Positions 1 through 9,167 are shown, counted from the stretch's first letter. The stretch: DNA of 64,000 nucleotides from Christensenella sp. UBA1685 (GCA_002320595.1 DCKB01000031.1:1443-65442), one strand, 5' to 3'. The notes: generated from the sequence alone by a model not told the origin. Numbers and translations are program-made.

Positions 1-939
1 CGTGCGCAGGAGCGCTATGATGAAGAAAAACGCTATCATGACGCGATGCTTTCCACCACGCTCGCTTCCATTTTGTTCGATGTGGAAACGGGCGTCGTGA
101 TTTCCGCCCGTGTGTCGGCCATTCTTTCAAACCTGGAGCTACCCGAAGGCTGCAATCTGGAAGAACGCCTGCCTGAGCTTGCCCGCAAAACCGTGTTTCT
201 CAATGACCGCGCCGAATACATCCGCACGCTCAACCGCCGCAACCTGCGCGAATGCTACAACGACGGGATGAGCTGCGTTACCTTGGAATACCGCACCGTG
301 TTGAGCGACGGCTCCTTGGCTTGGCGGCAAATGACCGTCAACATGGTTAAGGACCCTCAGACCGATACCGTTACCGGCTTCGCTTACTTTACGGACATCG
401 ACACACGCAAACGTAAGGAAATCGACCTGTTGTATAAGGCGGAACACGATTCTCTGACCGGCCTCTGGAACCGCCGGGCGCTTGAAACACGGTTGACCGC
501 TTTCTTCAAAACCGCAGACGCCCACGCGAACCTGCACGCGTTTTATATCATTGACATGGATGATTTCAAAGCGGTCAACGACACGTGCGGCCACATCCGG
601 GGCGATGAGGTTCTCTGCGCGATTGCCGCACAGCTCCGCTCCATCTTCCGCAAAACAGACATCATCGCGCGCCTTGCAGGCGATGAATTCGTAGTGTTCA
701 TGAAAAATGCAGGCACCTCCGCGCGCATTGCCGACAAAGCGCGCGAAATTTGTACCCGCATCCAGAATATTGAACTTGGAAGTTCAACCCTTCCGCCGCC
801 GCGCGCAAGCATCGGCATCGCCATTGCGCCGGATGCCGGCACAAGCTTTGAAGCGCTTTATGCCAAGGCGGACGAAGCGCACTATGTTGCAAAGCGCGGC
901 GGCAAAAACCGCTATTCCATTTTTCAGGAGCCGCTTTAA
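1..939 (+). CDS. GGDEF-domain protein (diguanylate cyclase-like) with upstream PAS-like region; 5' end lies outside the window
   Basis: Frame is open from base 1. Motifs HDSLTGLWNRR, DMDDFKAVNDTCGH, RKTD (I-site) and ARLAGDEF. Confidence 0.9.
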   Translation, partial: RAQERYDEEKRYHDAMLSTTLASILFDVETGVVISARVSAILSNLELPEGCNLEERLPELARKTVFLNDRAEYIRTLNRRNLRECYNDGMSCVTLEYRTVLSDGSLAWRQMTVNMVKDPQTDTVTGFAYFTDIDTRKRKEIDLLYKAEHDSLTGLWNRRALETRLTAFFKTADAHANLHAFYIIDMDDFKAVNDTCGHIRGDEVLCAIAAQLRSIFRKTDIIARLAGDEFVVFMKNAGTSARIADKAREICTRIQNIELGSSTLPPPRASIGIAIAPDAGTSFEALYAKADEAHYVAKRGGKNRYSIFQEPL

Positions 940-950
940 GCCTGCGCCCT

Positions 951-2015
951 TCAAACCACCATGCCGTATTCGCCTGGGTTTCCGCTTTTAAAATAGCGGC
1001 TGAGGTTGTATGGCGCGTAGATGCCCGAATCGGTCACCACTCCGCTCACAAGCGCAGGCGGCGTAATATCGAACGCCGGATAATACCCCTTTACACCGTC
1101 GCACGCCGTCTTTACGCCCATTGCCTGCAGCACAAAATCCGGATCGCGCAGCTCAATGCGCACAGTGTCCACCGTTGGATGCCCATGGTCCGGCGCGCCC
1201 GTCACAAAATATGGAATCTCCATATATTTCGCCGCGATCGCAATCTGGAACGTGCCCACCTTGTTTACCACATGCCCGTCTAGGCAGATCGCATCCGCCG
1301 CGCTCGTAAACACATCCACATGTTCCCGCTGCATCACATACGCGGGCATATTATCGGTAATCACCGTAACGTCAAAGCCCATTTCGTGCGCAACGGTCGC
1401 CGTGAGCCGCGCGCCCTGAAAATACGGCCGCGTTTCCGGGCAGAACAGCCGGAAGGACTTGCCGCGCTCTGTTGCCACAGCAAGCATTTTCCCCACGATG
1501 GTTTCCCCGAAGCATTGCGTCATCACCGTGCCGCCCGCAGGGATCATATCAACGAGATATTCCGCCATCCGGCCGACCTTTGCATAACGCACATCATTGG
1601 CCGCAACGGCGTATTCCACAATCGCCGCACTTGTATCCTGCCCGGCCGCAAGCGCCTTTTTTGCCGCTGCAAGCGACCCTTCCGTTACAAGGCGCATGCG
1701 TGCGGCAGTGGTAGGCCGCGCATTCGCGATGACCCGGGCAGCCTGCTCAAGGTATGCCGTCTGCTGCGCTTCTGCAAGCGTCCTGCATTCATAGGCCGCA
1801 AGTGCCATTCCCATCGCAGCCGCCGTATACGGGCCGGCGCTTTGGGTGACCATGTCCGTCACCGCCTGTGCCACCTCCTCATGCCGCCGGCATGTCACAA
1901 ATTCCACACGGCGCGGATAAACCCGGCGGTCAAGGATGCGCACCGCACCCTTTTCATACCAGGCGATGTTCTCATATTGCAGCATGAATGCAAGCCCGCG
2001 ATCCTGCCGTTCCAT
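951..2015 (-). CDS. mtnA: Methylthioribose-1-phosphate isomerase-like protein (eIF-2B/MtnA family)
   Basis: ILDRR, ARPT, ETRPYFQGARLT, ITDNM, NKVGT and PAFDITP motifs. ATG at 2015 follows an AGGAGG RBS. Confidence 0.85.
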   Translation of the reverse strand: MERQDRGLAFMLQYENIAWYEKGAVRILDRRVYPRRVEFVTCRRHEEVAQAVTDMVTQSAGPYTAAAMGMALAAYECRTLAEAQQTAYLEQAARVIANARPTTAARMRLVTEGSLAAAKKALAAGQDTSAAIVEYAVAANDVRYAKVGRMAEYLVDMIPAGGTVMTQCFGETIVGKMLAVATERGKSFRLFCPETRPYFQGARLTATVAHEMGFDVTVITDNMPAYVMQREHVDVFTSAADAICLDGHVVNKVGTFQIAIAAKYMEIPYFVTGAPDHGHPTVDTVRIELRDPDFVLQAMGVKTACDGVKGYYPAFDITPPALVSGVVTDSGIYAPYNLSRYFKSGNPGEYGMVV

Positions 2016-2034
2016 TTTCTTCCTCCTGTGCCGA

Positions 2035-2856
2035 TTATATCTGCTCAATGATGTCCTTCACATATGCGCTGAACGGCGCCGCGATGCGCCCGGCTGTTTG
2101 CTCCACCTCTTCCTCTGTGAGCGGCTCCTTAAGCACGCCTGCCGCCATGTTTGTCATCACGGAAAGCGCAAGCAGAGGCAGTCCGCAATGTGCGGCGGTA
2201 AGCGCTTCCGTGACGGTAGACATGCCCACCGCATCCGCACCGAGCACGCGCGCAGCGCGAATTTCAGCCGGGGTTTCAAACTGAGGTCCCGTGAAGAACA
2301 TGTAGACGCCTTCATGCACGGTAAGGCTGCTTTGCGCTGCGCATGCGCGTGCGATTGCGCGCAACTCCGGCGTATAGGTTTTCGTCATATCAAAAAAGCG
2401 CGGCCCAAATTCCGAAAGGTTTGGCCCGCGCAGCGGGCTTGCCCCGGTGAGCTTGATGTGGTCGGAAAGGATCATCACATCGCCGGGGCTGTAACTTTCG
2501 TTGACAGCGCCTGCCGCATTGGTGAGAATGAGCGCGCGCACGCCAAGGAGTTTGAGCACGCGCACAGGGAGGGCGAGCTGTTCGTAATCGTACCCTTCAT
2601 AAAAATGAAACCGGCCGGACATGCAGACGACCCGTTTCCCCCGCACCGTGCCGAACACCAGCTTGCCCGCATGGGATGCAACGGTGGTCACAAGGAAATT
2701 GGGAATGTCGGCATAATCGATTGAAACGGAAGCTTCAAGCTCCTGCGCAAACGGACCCAGGCAGGAGCCGAGCACAATTCCAATCTCCGGCACAAAGGGC
2801 GCGCGCGCCAAAACATAATCCGCCGCAGCACGATACTGCGCAAACGTATGTTGCAT
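2035..2856 (-). CDS. punA: Purine nucleoside phosphorylase (trimeric PNP family)
   Basis: GRFHFYEG, LTNAAG, GPQFETPAE and DAVGMSTV motifs. Confidence 0.92.
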   Translation of the reverse strand: MQHTFAQYRAAADYVLARAPFVPEIGIVLGSCLGPFAQELEASVSIDYADIPNFLVTTVASHAGKLVFGTVRGKRVVCMSGRFHFYEGYDYEQLALPVRVLKLLGVRALILTNAAGAVNESYSPGDVMILSDHIKLTGASPLRGPNLSEFGPRFFDMTKTYTPELRAIARACAAQSSLTVHEGVYMFFTGPQFETPAEIRAARVLGADAVGMSTVTEALTAAHCGLPLLALSVMTNMAAGVLKEPLTEEEVEQTAGRIAAPFSAYVKDIIEQI

Positions 2857-2914
2857 AACAGCCTTCTTTCATCGTTTTGTTTTCTTTCAGAAACAGGCGG
2901 GACTCCCCGCCTGC

Positions 2915-2944
2915 ATTGTATCATGCGCCGTTTTTGGCTGTCAA
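2915..2944 (-). promoter_or_regulatory. SigA-type promoter for punA-mtnA
   Basis: Minus strand reads TTGACA-18nt-TACAAT with a TG extension. Confidence 0.65.
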
Positions 2945-2955
2945 GAAAGCGCCGT

Positions 2956-4098
2956 TCAGACTACTTCCGCATAGTTTCCGAGGAACACGAACACATCCGG
3001 CTCAGCCATCAGCTCGGAAAGCATTTTGAGCACCGTATCGGACAGCACAGAGGCTTCCATATCAAAATAAAAAATAAATTCAAAATCGCTTCCTGGAAGC
3101 GGGCGGCTTTCCAGTTTCGTTAGGTTCACGCCGAGCGCAGCAAATTTCGCAAGCACGGAATACAGCGCGCCGGGCCTGTCCCGTGCAGAAAGCATAAGGC
3201 TGATCTTGTTTGCGCCGGGGTAGATCTCAAGGTCCTTGCTGATGCAGATAAAGCGCGTATAGTTATTGTCGTTGTTCTGAACCCGTTCCTCCAGCACATG
3301 CAGGCCGTAAAGCTGCGCGCAGTGAACGGAGGAGATCGCCGCAATGTCCTTTCTGTCGCTTTCCGCTACCATGCGCGCGGCTACCGCGGTGTTTTCGCAA
3401 ATCGTGATCTTAATTTCGGGATGCGCTTTCAGGTAAGCGCTGCACTGGCCGATTGCCTGTTCGTGAGAAAACACCTCCTTCACATCCTGCAGGCGCACGC
3501 CGTGCTTTGCAAGAAGCGCATGGCGCACGCAAAGCTTGATGCTGCGCACGATGTAGAACTTGTGGTTGCGCATCAGATCATACACCTGCGCAACGGAGCC
3601 ATAGGAACTGTTTTCAATGGGCAGTATGCCGTATTTGCACATGCCGCTCTGCACTGCCTGAAACACACCGTCAAAATGCCGGAAATACATGATGCGCGGC
3701 ATGGCGAACAGCTTATCGCATGCCTGCTGGGAATACGCGCCCTCCACGCCCTGGCAGGCGACGACCCCCTTCTGCGGGAACAGCGCGGGTGTGCGTTCCG
3801 CCGCTGCGCGAATCTCGTGCATGAATTCGCTTGTATCATCCAATAGCCAATGCTGGTAGGAACGGCTCACTTCAAACATGGTTTGATACAGCAGCTTCGC
3901 ATAAAGCTCCATGCCGTCCCCAGCCCGTTCCATCACATGATCGAGCACCTCGCGCTCGCGGCTGGAATTGAGTATCGCAAGGCCGTTCTTTCGTTTTACG
4001 GCGGCAATTTCCCCGGAAGTTTTCATGCGTTGAACGAACAATTCGATGATTTTATCATCGATCCCGTCAAATTTTGCCCGCAGTTCCTTCAGTTCCAT
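2956..4098 (-). CDS. pheA: Bifunctional chorismate mutase / prephenate dehydratase
   Basis: N-terminal AroQ-like helix region, then QGVEGAYS, LPIENS, SHEQA, NYTRF and LTKLESRP (ACT). Confidence 0.93.
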   Translation of the reverse strand: MELKELRAKFDGIDDKIIELFVQRMKTSGEIAAVKRKNGLAILNSSREREVLDHVMERAGDGMELYAKLLYQTMFEVSRSYQHWLLDDTSEFMHEIRAAAERTPALFPQKGVVACQGVEGAYSQQACDKLFAMPRIMYFRHFDGVFQAVQSGMCKYGILPIENSSYGSVAQVYDLMRNHKFYIVRSIKLCVRHALLAKHGVRLQDVKEVFSHEQAIGQCSAYLKAHPEIKITICENTAVAARMVAESDRKDIAAISSVHCAQLYGLHVLEERVQNNDNNYTRFICISKDLEIYPGANKISLMLSARDRPGALYSVLAKFAALGVNLTKLESRPLPGSDFEFIFYFDMEASVLSDTVLKMLSELMAEPDVFVFLGNYAEVV

Positions 4099-4185
4099 CG
4101 GTATATCTCTCCTTAAAAATAATTCCTCAAATTCAAGCCCGGCATGTTCCCCGCCGCGCTTTGTTTCACTGTATCTTTGCGCGGC

Positions 4186-5034
4186 TCACCGTTGTTTTTC
4201 CCGTTCATTGAGCAGTTCCTTGCGCACGCGTCCCCGGTGCAGCATCTCAAACAAGCCTTGGCGGTCGCCGCTGCGGATCGCATCCGAAAACGCCTGCAAC
4301 CGTTCCACGAGCCCGTCGATCTCCATCGCAAGCGACTCGGCGTTGTTCAGGAAAAGCTCCGTCCACATGGGTTCGTACAACCGCGCCACACGCGTCATAT
4401 CCTGAAAGCTGCCCGCAGAAAAGCCCACATGCGAAAGCGAGGCAGGGCTCTGCACATACGCGCTTGAAACCACGTGTGCAAGCTGCGAAGTGTAAGCGAT
4501 CATCCTGTCATGTTCGGCAGGCGTGCAGATGCACATCCGTCCGAAGCCGAGCTCGTAAAACAGGGCTTGTGCACGCGCAAGATCCTCCGCGGGCACATCC
4601 TCGCATGGAGTCAGGATCATGGAAGCGCCGCGGAAAAGCTCCGCATTGGATGCGTCATATCCAAATTTTTCCCGCCCGGCCATGGGATGCCCGCCGATAA
4701 AGCAGAATCCCTTCTCCTTCGCAATGGGCTCAAGCGCCGCGCAGACGCCGCCCTTTGTGCCGCAGCAATCCACCACAAGCGCGCCTTTGCAGATGTGGCC
4801 GGCCCGCTCGCTTACCGCGCGGATGGCCGTACCGGGATACAGAGCTACAAGCAACACATCGCACGCGGCACATGCCGCGTCATCCAAAATGCCGTCAATT
4901 GCTCCATCCGCAAGCGCCTGTGTGAGCGCCTGCGCATTCGTATCGCTGCCGAACACCGCATGCGCAGTATAGGCCGAAAGCGCCTTTGCCAGAGAGCCGC
5001 CAATCAATCCAAGTCCGATTACGCCAATTTTCAT
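4186..5034 (-). CDS. tyrA: Prephenate dehydrogenase
   Basis: GLGLIGGS Rossmann motif, GGHPMAG, EHDR..AYTSQLAH and DMTRVA. Confidence 0.92.
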   Translation of the reverse strand: MKIGVIGLGLIGGSLAKALSAYTAHAVFGSDTNAQALTQALADGAIDGILDDAACAACDVLLVALYPGTAIRAVSERAGHICKGALVVDCCGTKGGVCAALEPIAKEKGFCFIGGHPMAGREKFGYDASNAELFRGASMILTPCEDVPAEDLARAQALFYELGFGRMCICTPAEHDRMIAYTSQLAHVVSSAYVQSPASLSHVGFSAGSFQDMTRVARLYEPMWTELFLNNAESLAMEIDGLVERLQAFSDAIRSGDRQGLFEMLHRGRVRKELLNEREKQR

Positions 5035-5048
5035 TGTTCCGCCCTCTT

Positions 5049-6053
5049 TCAGCATGTCAGCGCACTGCGCACGCTGTTCACTTTGCGCGCAAGCGCCGCG
5101 AATTCAGCAGGCGTGATGGATTGCGGCCCCTCGCATAAGGCATGCTGCGGATCGTTGTGGACTTCCACCATCACGCCGTCCGCCCCCGCAGCTGCCGCCG
5201 CAAGCGCCATGGGGCATACAAGCCGCGCAATGCCCACCGCACGGCTCGGGTCCACGATCACAGGCAGGTGTGAAAGTTCCTTCAAAGCAGGAACGGCAGA
5301 AAGATCCAGCGTGTTTTGCGTATAGGGTTCAAACGTACGGATGCCGCGTTCGCAAAGGATCACATTCTCATTCCCGCCCGCCATAATATATTCCGCGCTC
5401 ATCAAAAGCTCCTGCATGGTGTTTGCGGAGCCGCGCTTTAAGAGAATTGGCTTCCTGAGACGCCCCAATTCCCGCAGGAGTTCATAATTCTGCGAATTGC
5501 GTGCGCCGACCTGGATCACATCCACGTCGTCAAAATATTCCAATTGGGCAATATCCATCAGCTCCGTGACGACGGGGAGGCCCGTTTCGCGCTTTGCCGC
5601 AAGCAGCAGGCGAATTCCTTCCTCTCGAAGGCCCTGGAATGCATACGGCGAAGTGCGCGGGCTGAATGCACCGCCGCGCAGCATCGTAGCGCCCGCCTGC
5701 TTGACTTCCCGGGCAATGGTGCAGATCTGTTCCTCCGTTTCGATTAAATACGGACCTGCGATGAGTTGAAACGTTCCGCCGCCAATCTGCGTGACGCCAA
5801 GGTCAATCCTGCTGTCATCGGGATGAAGCTTACGGTTTGCGTTTTTGAACGGTTCCTGAATGCGTTTGACGTCGTCCACGATGTCGAGCGCCCGGATGAG
5901 GTCGATGTCCACACAGGATGTATCTCCGATGAGGCCGAGCAGCATGCGCTCTTTTCCTTCGCTCACATGAACATCCAGCCCCATGCTGCAGAGCCATTCC
6001 ACAAGGTTGGTAAGCTCATCCTTGCCCGGCTTCTTTTTCAGAAGTACGATCAT
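5049..6053 (-). CDS. aroF: DAHP synthase (type I-beta, N-terminal regulatory domain) homologue with a degenerate active site
   Basis: PRTSPY.FQG, GARN, LLKRG, LCERGIRTF and EVH motifs are present, but the canonical GPC, FKPR, DPSH and (S/C)DG read GPY, FSPR, DPSR and CEG. Confidence 0.88.
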   Translation of the reverse strand: MIVLLKKKPGKDELTNLVEWLCSMGLDVHVSEGKERMLLGLIGDTSCVDIDLIRALDIVDDVKRIQEPFKNANRKLHPDDSRIDLGVTQIGGGTFQLIAGPYLIETEEQICTIAREVKQAGATMLRGGAFSPRTSPYAFQGLREEGIRLLLAAKRETGLPVVTELMDIAQLEYFDDVDVIQVGARNSQNYELLRELGRLRKPILLKRGSANTMQELLMSAEYIMAGGNENVILCERGIRTFEPYTQNTLDLSAVPALKELSHLPVIVDPSRAVGIARLVCPMALAAAAAGADGVMVEVHNDPQHALCEGPQSITPAEFAALARKVNSVRSALTC

Positions 6054-6084
6054 TTCGATTTCCTCCGTTATGCTGAAACTTTAT

Positions 6085-6116
6085 AAAAAAGCTTCGCAGC
6101 GATTTCGCTGCGAAGC
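6085..6116 (-). terminator. Attenuator terminator in the aroF leader
   Basis: Minus strand GCTTCGCAGCGA-AA-TCGCTGCGAAGC followed by TTTTTT, about 30 nt upstream of the aroF start. Confidence 0.85.
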
Positions 6117-6164
6117 ACTTTACTTCTCAATGGATGGCCGCGCCATGCGCGGATGCGCGACCGT

Positions 6165-6254
6165 CTATCCAGCGAAACCACAAGTATCCTCGCAGGTAAA
6201 AAAGCCCGCGAGGGTAAAGTAATAGTATTCGCTTGTGAACAGACGGTTGGTCAT
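6165..6254 (-). CDS. Putative Phe/Tyr attenuation leader peptide MTNRLFTSEYYYFTLAGFFTCEDTCGFAG (29 aa)
   Basis: GGGAG RBS upstream of ATG 6254. 8 of 29 codons are Phe or Tyr, including YYYF and FF. It lies directly upstream of the terminator and aroF-tyrA-pheA. Confidence 0.8.
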   Translation of the reverse strand: MTNRLFTSEYYYFTLAGFFTCEDTCGFAG

Positions 6255-6285
6255 ATTCAAACTCCCGTTTCGTTCAATTAGTGGC

Positions 6286-6315
6286 ATTATACACCCGCCG
6301 CGCCGCCTCTGTAAA
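6286..6315 (-). promoter_or_regulatory. SigA-type promoter of the aro leader
   Basis: Minus strand TTTACA-18nt-TATAAT. Confidence 0.6.
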
Positions 6316-6384
6316 GGAAAACCTTTCAGAAAGTTTTGTGCCCGGGGGTCTCCCGGGCACAATTTGCCAAACCAACCATTGATT

Positions 6385-7869
6385 TCAATCGTCAAAGTCC
6401 TTATCCCATTCAAGGATTTTGCCGGTTTGGGCGTCAATCTCGTAATCATATTCATAGCCGCCTGCTTTAAATTCAACCTCGTACTGCTGCCGGCCATCCT
6501 CCCGGTCAAGTTCCGCCTTCAGTTCCGTTGCCTTTCCTTCGGAAAGCCCTGCATGGGCAAGCGCGATTTCCTTTGCCCTGCTTATGCCAATCAAGCTGCC
6601 GCCGGATGTGTCGGGCGTACCGGCCGGTTTCCCGCCTGCATCGTCATCCTGCTCGCGTTCCTGTTTGAGCACAGCGCCGGTTTGCGCATCAATCTCGTAA
6701 TCATATTCATATCCGCCGCAATGAAAATCTACATCGTAATGCGGCACGCCATCCTCCCGGTCAAGCTCCACCTTAAGCGCAGTCACATCCGCTTCCTTCA
6801 CATTCGCGTGCCGGAATGCGGCCTGTTTGGCTGCTTCCTTACCGATTGTTTCGCCCCGCACAATGCCCGGCGCCTCATACCAGACGATCTCGCCCGTCTC
6901 GGCATCTACATCGTACTCGTATTCCGCATTCGCTGCGTCGAACTCCACCTCGTATACCATGCGCCCGTTTTCGCAGTCCAGCTCCACCTCAAGCCCGGTT
7001 GCATCCGCCCGCGCAACGCCCGCATGCTTGAGCGCCGCTTCAACCGCCGCATCCGCGCCGATATATGCTTTATCGCTCGCCTGGCCGACGGAGTTGATAT
7101 GCGTGAGGCTGACATTTTTTGCAAGCAGGTTCAGCTCGTTGATGGAAAGCCCCGCAAGCTCCTCAAATGTGTAGCGTGCATTGCCCTGAAGAATTTCCTC
7201 GATCAGGGCGGCCTTGCCAACGGTGATGCCGTATTCGCCGGCCTTTGCGGAAAGCGCGTCGTCCGCATCGCTGACGTTCAGGCTCAGGATTGCGCCGCTG
7301 CCGACAGGGCTCTGCGCAAAGACCGCTTCCACCTCTGCAACGAGCTTGCTTTCAAGCGCCTTTGCGTCCGTTCCATCCATGCACTCCACAGAAATGAGGA
7401 TAGAGTTTGCAAGTTCGTCGATGTAGCCGAGCTTAAGCAGCGAACCTACGATGGCGTTCACCGCCACGTTAAGTTGGGTTCCGGCAAGCTCCATCCCCGC
7501 AAGAACCGCCTCGCCGTCCGCATTGCGCGCTTCGGCTGCAAGCACCTTTTCCGTTGCATCCACGCGCAGTTCCACGCTCGGGTTCACATCAAGGGAAATA
7601 ATCGCCGCAACATCCGCTGCATAGAGGGGGAGCGTATGCCCGCTGCCGCGGCCAATCAGCACGCCCATAACGAGCATTGCCGCTGCCGCTGCAATCGCCG
7701 CACAGACACGAAGCGCCTTGTTTTTGCCTTTATTTGTGTTCGTCTTCTGTTCCATCTCAATTACCGTTCCTTTCTTCTGGTCACAGGCGCGCAGGATGTT
7801 CTCCAGCACGTCAGGGGCCGCGTTGGAAACGGCGTTTTTCAGCTTGGCTTCGATCTCGTTGTGTTTCAT
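6385..7869 (-). CDS. RsgI-like anti-sigma factor with three C-terminal PepSY-like repeats
   Basis: TM helix, then the ISLDVNPSVEL RsgI-type motif, then three 'IG...A...A..HAG...ELD.E.G...YEVEF....EYDYEIDA.TG' repeats. Translationally coupled to the sigma gene. Confidence 0.8.
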   Translation of the reverse strand: MKHNEIEAKLKNAVSNAAPDVLENILRACDQKKGTVIEMEQKTNTNKGKNKALRVCAAIAAAAAMLVMGVLIGRGSGHTLPLYAADVAAIISLDVNPSVELRVDATEKVLAAEARNADGEAVLAGMELAGTQLNVAVNAIVGSLLKLGYIDELANSILISVECMDGTDAKALESKLVAEVEAVFAQSPVGSGAILSLNVSDADDALSAKAGEYGITVGKAALIEEILQGNARYTFEELAGLSINELNLLAKNVSLTHINSVGQASDKAYIGADAAVEAALKHAGVARADATGLEVELDCENGRMVYEVEFDAANAEYEYDVDAETGEIVWYEAPGIVRGETIGKEAAKQAAFRHANVKEADVTALKVELDREDGVPHYDVDFHCGGYEYDYEIDAQTGAVLKQEREQDDDAGGKPAGTPDTSGGSLIGISRAKEIALAHAGLSEGKATELKAELDREDGRQQYEVEFKAGGYEYDYEIDAQTGKILEWDKDFDD

Positions 7870-8438
7870 CTTCCGTCCGCCTCCATCGCTTGTTTTAGTT
7901 TTTTGACGGCTCTTGCATATTTGGAAAGCACGGTTGCAAGGGGCATTTCGAGAAGCGCTGCACTCTCCCGGTGGCGAAGGCCCGCCACAGCGTGCAGCAT
8001 CACGGTTTGCCGCTCCGCATCAGAGAGCTGCCGGAGTGCTGCCTGCAGCAGCAGCCGGTCCTCTGTGGATACGCCCGGTTTTGAAGAAAGATAGCGCTCC
8101 CATTCTTCCTCGGGCAAATCGCTCGTGCGTTTTGCGTCCCGCAGGCGCATCCGCGAAAGGTTCTTCGCAATGGTCATCATCCACGCCATCGGCTTCCCCT
8201 CCGGCCGGTAACGCTCCGCTGCCGCATAAACGCGCAGAAACGTTTCCTGCAGGATGTCCTCCGCATCGCTCGGCCTGCGCACGAGCGAGAGCGCAAAACC
8301 GTAAATCGCGCCATGCGTACGCTCGTAAAGCATACCAAGAGCCTCTTTATCCCCTTGCGCAATGCGTGAAAGCAGCGTTTCCAGCTCCCGCATCTCATCC
8401 CGCGTATGTTCGATTGAAGACGTCATCCAAACCAACAT
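7866..8438 (-). CDS. ECF-family RNA polymerase sigma factor
   Basis: DAEDILQETFL, WMMTIAKN and a region-4 HTH (LSDAERQ...EMPLATV). The start was chosen from an AAGGA RBS. Confidence 0.88.
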   Translation of the reverse strand: MLVWMTSSIEHTRDEMRELETLLSRIAQGDKEALGMLYERTHGAIYGFALSLVRRPSDAEDILQETFLRVYAAAERYRPEGKPMAWMMTIAKNLSRMRLRDAKRTSDLPEEEWERYLSSKPGVSTEDRLLLQAALRQLSDAERQTVMLHAVAGLRHRESAALLEMPLATVLSKYARAVKKLKQAMEADGR

Positions 8439-8510
8439 GCTCGCTTTCCTTTCCGTCACCCTATCAATGCATGGGACGGCTGTTTTATTGCACGGTTCAC
8501 AAAAGAATTT

Positions 8511-9167
8511 TTATGCCGGGGTTTCCGGAAGCACGATGCCGATCTCCACATTCGTGAGCCGCCCTATATAACCAGCTGCAGCGGGGGTGAGAAGGCCCGT
8601 TTTATAATAGCCGATGGATACCGTCAGGTCGGAGCATACGGCAAGCTCCGCTTCGCCGGTATCGCCGTTCATGCCGCTGTTGATATCCACCGCAACGATG
8701 AACGCCCCCGCTTCCTTCGCTGCGTTGATGCGCGTAATCGCCGTGCGGGCAAGCCCGCGGACCTTTCCGCGAACCCCCGTGCCGAGGATGCAATCCACCA
8801 GAATGTCATATCCTGAAAGGCTGGTTTCCCCGTTGAACGGCAGGATGCGCACGCCGCGCGCCTGCGCCTGTTCCCTGTAAAACCGTCCGTCCTCCGAAAG
8901 CTTTTCGGAAACGGCAAACACATCCGGCGGCATACCCGCTGCGGCAAGGATACCCGCAAGCGCGTAGCCGTCCCCGCCGTTGTTTCCGCCGCCCGCGAGG
9001 ATTGCCGTGCGTCCACGCCAGGCAACCACGCTGTGAACGCCTTCCGCCGCGCGGCGCATCAGCTCCCGCCCCGGCGTGAAATGTGCAATGGTGTATGCGT
9101 CCGCCGCGCGCATTTCCGCCACAGTGAGCGCCGCTGCATGTTCTCCGTTTTCCCACACCTGATTCAT
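8511..9167 (-). CDS. nnrE: NAD(P)H-hydrate epimerase (stand-alone YjeF_N)
   Basis: EMRAAD, GGGNNGGDG, VDCILGTG and VDINSG motifs. Confidence 0.85.
   Translation of the reverse strand: MNQVWENGEHAAALTVAEMRAADAYTIAHFTPGRELMRRAAEGVHSVVAWRGRTAILAGGGNNGGDGYALAGILAAAGMPPDVFAVSEKLSEDGRFYREQAQARGVRILPFNGETSLSGYDILVDCILGTGVRGKVRGLARTAITRINAAKEAGAFIVAVDINSGMNGDTGEAELAVCSDLTVSIGYYKTGLLTPAAAGYIGRLTNVEIGIVLPETPA

Noticed and set aside
4113-4208. Short ORF between tyrA and pheA (MNGKNN...RNYF)
   Set aside because: It overlaps the tyrA end, has no clear RBS and has no informative composition.
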